The notes beneath the pieces were generated by a model. The model ran no database searches. It had not been told where the DNA came from and saw nothing but the letters and a program-made list of their open reading frames with translations. Positions 16,442-21,572 of a stretch of DNA of 21,572 nucleotides are shown one piece after another (positions within the stretch are counted from its first letter, which is position 1; each line of letters opens with the position of its first letter). Where the stretch lies: positions 1-21,572 of the IMG/VR virus record IMGVR_UViG_3300045988_085028; one strand, given 5' to 3'. Position numbers and translations under genes: made by a program. The stretch is from a virus. Taxonomy: Duplodnaviria; Heunggongvirae; Uroviricota; Caudoviricetes.

Positions 16442-18640
16442 TTACTGCTGTGGTTGTTTCTGAGTTGATTTTTGCAGGATGCTGCTGATGTCCATGCGCT
16501 GCGCATGGCCCTGTGCCTGACTTTTCAGGACAAGCTCTGCATCAGCACGGGCATTGTCTCCTTGCTGTTGCTGGAACTGTCCGAGCAGTTTCAGAGCCTC
16601 GCGGATATCAGATTTCTGCTGGCTATCGGCAGATGCGAGGATTTTCACAACATTTGCCGCTGCAACCTGAGCATCAGTCTGTGCCTGGAATGCTTTAACC
16701 TGAATGGCTGCCTGTTCGTTCTGAGCTTTCTGCAATTCAGCCTGACCAGCAAGAAGCTGACCTTGCGCTGCAACCATAGCCGGATCTGGCTGACTGGCCT
16801 GTTGTTGTTTCGCCTGTTCAACCATCTGCTGTTCTTCAGGCGTTCTCGGCTTGATAACGCCAGACAGAAGCAACTGATTGCGGTTGTATTCTTTAAGGTC
16901 GTCCATCCCTTCGCCGTCCATATTGTCGAGAATCATCGACGATACAAGGTCATGCTTCGGCGTTCCTGGCGGGATAAGTGCCAGCATGGAAAGTAACGAC
17001 TTAACCGTTGCATCACGGCGAGTAGCGAACGACTGACCGACATCGACAGTCACTTCATAGTTACCCTGCGAAAGGTCGTTAAGCGCGATAACCTGCCCTG
17101 TCTGACGGTCAACCACTTCACCAGTCATCAGCGCCACGTCATCGCTGCCGTCCTCATTAACGATGCGCATTGGCGTATCGCTGCCATAGACTTCACGAGC
17201 CATAGAAAGCCACACGACGCCAGCACGGCGCATGGATTTAGCCATGTTGTCCATGTAGATATATGACTGCGTGTCCATCCTGTTAAAGATGCTATCAACG
17301 GTATCGGTGGCGACGTTGCTCGGCATGTTCTCAAGCTGCGACGCACCTGTAATTTGCTGAATAGCCGTTCCGGTGTACTGCAATAGCCCGGCAAGAGCTG
17401 GAGGCATTTGTGTTGGAGGGGTCCAGCCAGCAACCTGAGCCTCTGAAATGACTGTTCCGTTTTTGTCCTTCTTGCTGGTCATAGGAAGAACTGCAGGTCT
17501 TTTCTTATTCCTCTCTGCCCAGTGATTCATTAATGGACCGGGAATGAAATCAACATCCACGATAGGAATGCCATCACCGCCAGCCTGAGTAGCGTTATCT
17601 GCAATCATGGAAACCATAAGGTTCTCAAGACGCTGTGCATCCATCGCTTTTGCAGCGTGGCCTTCGATTCGCTCCTGATTATCAACAAATGAGCGACGCC
17701 CATATACCGGGATGAGAGGAATATGTTCACCCGGAATACGCTTCGGTTCTTCCAGCCATTCAGCGCCAGACAGAAGGCCGCAATAAACGCGGCGTTTCTT
17801 CACTGTCCGCTCGCCAATCAGTTCGAATGCGCCATCGGTCAGCTCGTCAACAACATCTTTGATTTGCTCTTCATCATAGATTGCCGTTTCTCCGCTAACA
17901 GGGTTGCGCCACGCCGTGAGCTTCACCTTCTCTATGCGAACTTCGTAGTAGCGTCCAACATAGATGGCATCGGGCGTTGACCAGTCATACTGAGTACCAG
18001 TGTCATCACGAGAAAGGCTTGCTGCGATGGAATCAGGGTATTCAGCCTCGAACGCTTTTGGCGTCATGGAGAACATTTCCATAGCCCACATAGCATCAGA
18101 GCGGTCATATTGCTTGCTGTCCTGATCGAAGAAGACGCATGTCGCCGGGTCGTAAACAGGAAGAAGACTGATGCGTCGCTGCTCGTTACTCGGATCCATT
18201 TCATCTTCGTAATCGGCACACATGCGGAAACAACCGAATCCGCCCGTTACAGCATCATCAAATGCGTTATCACACGCTTCACCACCTGATGTTTCCTGAT
18301 AGTCAGCGCGGAATTTGCCGTTCATCTTTTCGGCTAACGCTTCCGATGCCTTATCGTCCTTCGGCCTGAATTTAACGCTGATGCGATTCTGTCGATACTC
18401 GCCAATGATGCGATCACATTCACGGGCAATCTTATTCAGTTTAAAGCGCGGGTAATGCTCAAACCTGCCTTCATCAAATGAGTAACCAGCGTTTGTGCTG
18501 CCTTCCCACTGTGCGCCGGACACCCGGACGAAACGTTGAGCCTCAATAATCTGCTCACGCATATCCTGCGTTGCTGACCAGGCATTATCAAAGTTGCACA
18601 GCACCTTGCGATGCCAGTCAGTCATCTTTTTTTCTGCCAT
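16442..18640 (-). CDS. Portal protein
   Basis: 732 aa (P22 portal is 725 aa). The C-terminal Q/A-rich barrel region (...PEEQQMVEQAKQQQASQPDPAMVAAQGQLLAGQAELQKAQNEQ...) matches the P22 portal C-terminus from memory. Immediately downstream of TerL. Confidence 0.9.
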   Translation of the reverse strand: MAEKKMTDWHRKVLCNFDNAWSATQDMREQIIEAQRFVRVSGAQWEGSTNAGYSFDEGRFEHYPRFKLNKIARECDRIIGEYRQNRISVKFRPKDDKASEALAEKMNGKFRADYQETSGGEACDNAFDDAVTGGFGCFRMCADYEDEMDPSNEQRRISLLPVYDPATCVFFDQDSKQYDRSDAMWAMEMFSMTPKAFEAEYPDSIAASLSRDDTGTQYDWSTPDAIYVGRYYEVRIEKVKLTAWRNPVSGETAIYDEEQIKDVVDELTDGAFELIGERTVKKRRVYCGLLSGAEWLEEPKRIPGEHIPLIPVYGRRSFVDNQERIEGHAAKAMDAQRLENLMVSMIADNATQAGGDGIPIVDVDFIPGPLMNHWAERNKKRPAVLPMTSKKDKNGTVISEAQVAGWTPPTQMPPALAGLLQYTGTAIQQITGASQLENMPSNVATDTVDSIFNRMDTQSYIYMDNMAKSMRRAGVVWLSMAREVYGSDTPMRIVNEDGSDDVALMTGEVVDRQTGQVIALNDLSQGNYEVTVDVGQSFATRRDATVKSLLSMLALIPPGTPKHDLVSSMILDNMDGEGMDDLKEYNRNQLLLSGVIKPRTPEEQQMVEQAKQQQASQPDPAMVAAQGQLLAGQAELQKAQNEQAAIQVKAFQAQTDAQVAAANVVKILASADSQQKSDIREALKLLGQFQQQQGDNARADAELVLKSQAQGHAQRMDISSILQKSTQKQPQQ

Positions 18641-18641
18641 A

Positions 18642-20057
18642 TCAACCTACACCACAAGGAATTGAGTAACTGGAATAGTCGGGTTGCGCAGCCGACTCCG
18701 GGCAATGCATACACATCATCAACGCATCAGCCAGGTTAGGAGATGGAATACCGAGCTTCTGCTTCATTTCGACCTTAGTCATTAGCTCCAGCTTCCCGTT
18801 GTTATTGAATTTGCGCTGAATCTGCGTCAGTTCTGCAAACAGCTTCTCCAGTATCTTCTCGCCTATCGCTTCTTTGTCGAAACTCAGCATGTCGTCGGGA
18901 TCTGCATACTCACCGTGAACAACCGCCCGATATGTCAGATACAGCCTGTCAGCCAGCGCGTAATAGAATTGCGCTCGCTTATTGCGGAATACATCGCCAA
19001 TAGTGCGAACGTTGTCACCCTGTACGACTTCATCAGCCCATGCTCCGGCCTGATATGGTGCATCTTCATCGAATGGCGATTCACTGCCCTTGAACATCGT
19101 GGCGGTGATTTTCTTGCCGGAGAACGCTTCCGTTGTCTGTCTGCGTAGCCCCGCACCGACGCCATCACCATCCCACAGGTAATGGTCAGCGCCGTCTTCA
19201 ATCGCCAGCGAAGTAGCCCAGTCAGCACCCTCGTTGATGTCCATCAGCAGACCTTCGGCAATGCGCTTAACTACCGAACCGTGACGCGATGCGTAACCTT
19301 TAGCATCTGGCCCTGTATCTGATGGGTCATGCGCAGAGACAACCGCGCCCTTCGCTTTCCATCCGAGTTTCTTGTGCGCATCGGTTGCGGCTTCAAGCCA
19401 TTCACGTTTGATGATTGCCATATCACTTGCGCTTACTGGCTCACCAAGCCAGATGTGACGATACAATGTCGGATTTCTGCGTTTGCACTCTTCCATCTCC
19501 AGACGGAGAACTTCAGGAAAGTGCGGGTTGTCGGTGTAGTTCACCGTCAGCAGACAAATATCATCGGGAGGGTTTACTACGAATCGCTGATAGGTATCGT
19601 CGAGGATGTTTTTCGGGTTGAAGCTCACCCATATTTCGGAAAATGGCTTGCGGATGGTTGGTATCAGGATATCCCATGATTCCTTCGTTACCGCTTCCGC
19701 TTCCTCCACCCAGCAGATATCAATGCCTTCGAGCGATTTAATCTTCGTCGGGTTGTTTTTGATGCCGTAGAACATGAATTCAGCATTCGTTCCGAGATGA
19801 CGAATCATGGAACGCTGAATTTCAAACTCGGCCGAATACCCTTCCCGCTCTATGGTGTCTTCAAGCAACCGGATTACCGAATCGCTGATACTGTTTTGCA
19901 GTTCACGAGCGCAGAGAATACGCACAGGCTGCCGACGCGCCGCTTCAACAAGCAGCCTAGCAATTGCCCATGACTTACCGCTACCTCGACCGCCTTTGGC
20001 GACTTTGTAGCGATGCGCCTCAATGAACGGTTCAAAGATAGGATTAATCGAGGTCAT
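18642..20057 (-). CDS. Terminase large subunit (Sf6 gp2-like)
   Basis: 471 aa with Walker A KGGRGSGKS near the N-terminus. The N-terminal sequence MTSINPIFEPFIEAHRYKVAKGGRGSGKSWAIARLL matches Sf6 TerL from memory. Start overlaps the TerS stop (ATGA). Confidence 0.9.
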   Translation of the reverse strand: MTSINPIFEPFIEAHRYKVAKGGRGSGKSWAIARLLVEAARRQPVRILCARELQNSISDSVIRLLEDTIEREGYSAEFEIQRSMIRHLGTNAEFMFYGIKNNPTKIKSLEGIDICWVEEAEAVTKESWDILIPTIRKPFSEIWVSFNPKNILDDTYQRFVVNPPDDICLLTVNYTDNPHFPEVLRLEMEECKRRNPTLYRHIWLGEPVSASDMAIIKREWLEAATDAHKKLGWKAKGAVVSAHDPSDTGPDAKGYASRHGSVVKRIAEGLLMDINEGADWATSLAIEDGADHYLWDGDGVGAGLRRQTTEAFSGKKITATMFKGSESPFDEDAPYQAGAWADEVVQGDNVRTIGDVFRNKRAQFYYALADRLYLTYRAVVHGEYADPDDMLSFDKEAIGEKILEKLFAELTQIQRKFNNNGKLELMTKVEMKQKLGIPSPNLADALMMCMHCPESAAQPDYSSYSIPCGVG

Positions 20058-20476
20058 TTTCCGAATAGAGTGCTCATCGGTGATGTTTCAATCTGGATTG
20101 CGCCACCGTCTTTGCCGACAAGCTCATTAGTTACCTTGTCGCCATACTTACGGGGATTCATTCTGGCCAGCGCCCATTTGCGGGTATCAACGCGAAGTCT
20201 TGCCTTTGCCACCTCGGCAGCATCTGGAATCGCATTGTCAGCAATTTCGAATATCTCTTCGAAAATAGAATCAGCTCGTGCCTCAGTTGCCTTCGCGTAC
20301 TTGTCGCGAAAATCCTCATGCTTTGCCAACCAGCGGAAAACAGTGGACTTATCCGGCATACCAGGACGCTTACATACTTTCAGCAAACTTTCGCCAGAAG
20401 AAAGCAACGAGCAGATATCGTCAGCCACCTCCGGCATATAATCAGAGGGGCGACCAGCTTTTGGTTCAGTCGCCAT
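20054..20476 (-). CDS. Terminase small subunit (Sf6 gp1-like)
   Basis: MATEPKAGRPSDYMPEVADDICSLLSSGESLLKVCKRPGMPDKSTVFRWLAKHEDFRDKY... matches the Sf6 small terminase from memory. The ORF track begins two codons earlier (MNM..., 20482); the second ATG has better spacing from GAG. Confidence 0.85.
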   Translation of the reverse strand: MATEPKAGRPSDYMPEVADDICSLLSSGESLLKVCKRPGMPDKSTVFRWLAKHEDFRDKYAKATEARADSIFEEIFEIADNAIPDAAEVAKARLRVDTRKWALARMNPRKYGDKVTNELVGKDGGAIQIETSPMSTLFGK

Positions 20477-20511
20477 ATTCATCTCACTTAGTTGTTATTT
20501 CAGGTTGAGCG

Positions 20512-20754
20512 TCATGCTCTGGTAGTGAACAGGTCTAACGCTTCCTTCGATTTACGCACCGCTTCGATAGTGCGGGTCGTGATATCTGAATTAGCGCCAC
20601 CTGACTGGAAGTGAATTTTGAATAGCTCAAGCTTCAGCTCGTCAGTGCCAATGAATTGAAATGCTTCTTCTGCGGCTGCGTTCTGGTTCATGACCAGTTT
20701 GTAAATCTCTAACTGGAATTTCTGTTCTTCAGTCATGGGAATAATCTCTGCCAT
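20512..20754 (-). CDS. Hypothetical protein (80 aa) immediately upstream of terS
   Basis: Uninterrupted ORF co-oriented with the late operon. GGAG lies 6 nt upstream of the ATG at 20752-20754. Function unknown. Confidence 0.5.
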   Translation of the reverse strand: MAEIIPMTEEQKFQLEIYKLVMNQNAAAEEAFQFIGTDELKLELFKIHFQSGGANSDITTRTIEAVRKSKEALDLFTTRA

Positions 20755-20853
20755 TGTTGGCTCCGTTTATCCGTTAAAAGGGATATCAGTTAAGTTATCC
20801 CGTGTAGGGTATAAGCCATTATCAAGCCCACCCGTAGATGGGCTTTGTAATGA

Positions 20854-21129
20854 CTACAGTAACGGACTGCACAATGCGCCTGTATTTCGAGGATGACGTC
20901 CAAATACGTTAATCTTCTCGCGAACGCTCTCACTACACATTCGCTCTACAATTCGCCAAACAGCCTTTTCAGGTAAAAATTTCGGCGCTAGTGCTGAAAT
21001 AGCACGCCACAGACCCCGACTAAGCGAGCACGCTGTGCTACCGAAACTAAAGATGGCGAACGAAATAGACGTGATAAACGCCCAGCAACCAGAGAGAAAA
21101 GTTGAGATGCGGTGATAAAGCTTAGTCAT
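20854..21129 (-). CDS. Small hydrophobic hypothetical protein (about 91 aa) downstream of Rz/Rz1
   Basis: AGGAG lies 7 nt upstream of the ATG at 21127-21129. The ORF-track start at 21159 adds 10 codons containing an A9 tract and has no RBS. One hydrophobic stretch (ISTFLSGCWAFITSISFAIFSFG). Confidence 0.45.
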   Translation of the reverse strand: MTKLYHRISTFLSGCWAFITSISFAIFSFGSTACSLSRGLWRAISALAPKFLPEKAVWRIVERMCSESVREKINVFGRHPRNTGALCSPLL

Positions 21130-21166
21130 GTATTGCTCCTGTTTTTTTTTGGTTTTCATCGCCCGA

Positions 21167-21572
21167 TCATTTCAGGCATTGCGTCCTGATGTATTCCTGC
21201 AGGTAGTTAACCTGCGCGGTTATCCTGTCGATTCCACTTCGGAGACGGTAATAATTGAGTTCAGCATCTGCTGTAAGTCTTGGGCTTTCTCCATCGCCCA
21301 TGCTGCTGGCTCCGGTCGTTGACTTTGCACAGGTGGCGGCGACTTGCAGGCGCTTACGACCAGCAGAAACATCAGCACGGAGACTTTCGATAGTCGCGTT
21401 AGCATCAGCAAGCTCCTTTGTGTATCTGGCGTCGAGTTCTGCTACATCACGTTGACGCTTCTGCATGTCAGCGATGATGTACGTGGCTTTATCGCGCTGG
21501 GTTTTGTAGGTAATGGCGTTATTACGGTAATGATTAACAGCCCATGACAGGCAGACGATGATGCAGATAACC
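21167..21572 (-). CDS. Rz: Rz i-spanin, 5'-partial (start lies beyond the right edge of the window)
   Basis: The frame is open to the window edge, and the translation ...[28 protein letters not shown]...[22 protein letters not shown]...[11 protein letters not shown] aligns with lambda Rz from memory. The ORF-track start at 21466 is an internal Met. Confidence 0.85.
   Translation of the reverse strand, partial: VICIIVCLSWAVNHYRNNAITYKTQRDKATYIIADMQKRQRDVAELDARYTKELADANATIESLRADVSAGRKRLQVAATCAKSTTGASSMGDGESPRLTADAELNYYRLRSGIDRITAQVNYLQEYIRTQCLK
21220..21411 (-). CDS. Rz1: Rz1 o-spanin lipoprotein, embedded in the +1 frame of Rz
   Basis: 63 aa, lipoprotein signal with lipobox (LLVVSAC), proline-rich mature part ([13 protein letters not shown]), fully nested within Rz as in lambda. 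Confidence 0.75.
   Translation of the reverse strand: MLMLTRLSKVSVLMFLLVVSACKSPPPVQSQRPEPAAWAMEKAQDLQQMLNSIITVSEVESTG

Noticed and set aside
16472-16996. 174-aa + strand ORF antisense to portal, and similar antisense ORFs opposite scaffold (15405..15803, 15857..16189) and gp14/gp26 (11065..11589)
   Set aside because: Shadow ORFs of strongly supported - strand genes in the conserved morphogenetic operon. No independent support.
20755-20853. Hairpin AAGCCCA...TGGGCTT (about 20824-20845) as a terminator between late-region ORFs
   Set aside because: No adjacent T-tract on either strand, so it is not convincing as an intrinsic terminator.

Overview
This window reads as most of the late/structural half of a P22-like temperate podophage (Lederbergvirus-type, with Sf6-like terminase subunits), plus its attachment/integrase module and its immI immunity region. 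Left to right: a 16-bp att core identical to the 3' end of an E. coli-type tRNA-Arg (argW-like), flanked on both sides by non-tRNA sequence; a P4/IntS-family integrase on the + strand interrupted by an in-frame TGA; then, all on the - strand, a mosaic tailspike, ant and arc (immI), the ejection proteins gp16/gp20/gp7, gp14, tail needle gp26, gp10, gp4, coat, scaffold, portal, TerL, TerS, two small unknown ORFs and the Rz/Rz1 spanins (Rz runs off the right edge). Divergent from arc, on the + strand, are mnt, a translationally coupled 193-aa unknown protein and a 4-TM membrane protein in an AT-rich island. The most notable points are: (1) a perfect 31-bp tandem duplication that frameshifts and truncates ant; (2) the lysogen-expressed mnt-linked pair of a soluble protein plus a 4-TM membrane protein, a candidate superinfection-exclusion or abortive-infection module; (3) the nonsense-interrupted integrase beside an attP-like core; and (4) an unknown beta-rich gene whose start codon lies inside the att core. 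All protein identifications rest on recalled similarity to P22, Sf6, lambda and E. coli IntS sequences; no database search was run. The ORF track reports GTG/TTG starts as M, so several starts were re-derived from the sequence.
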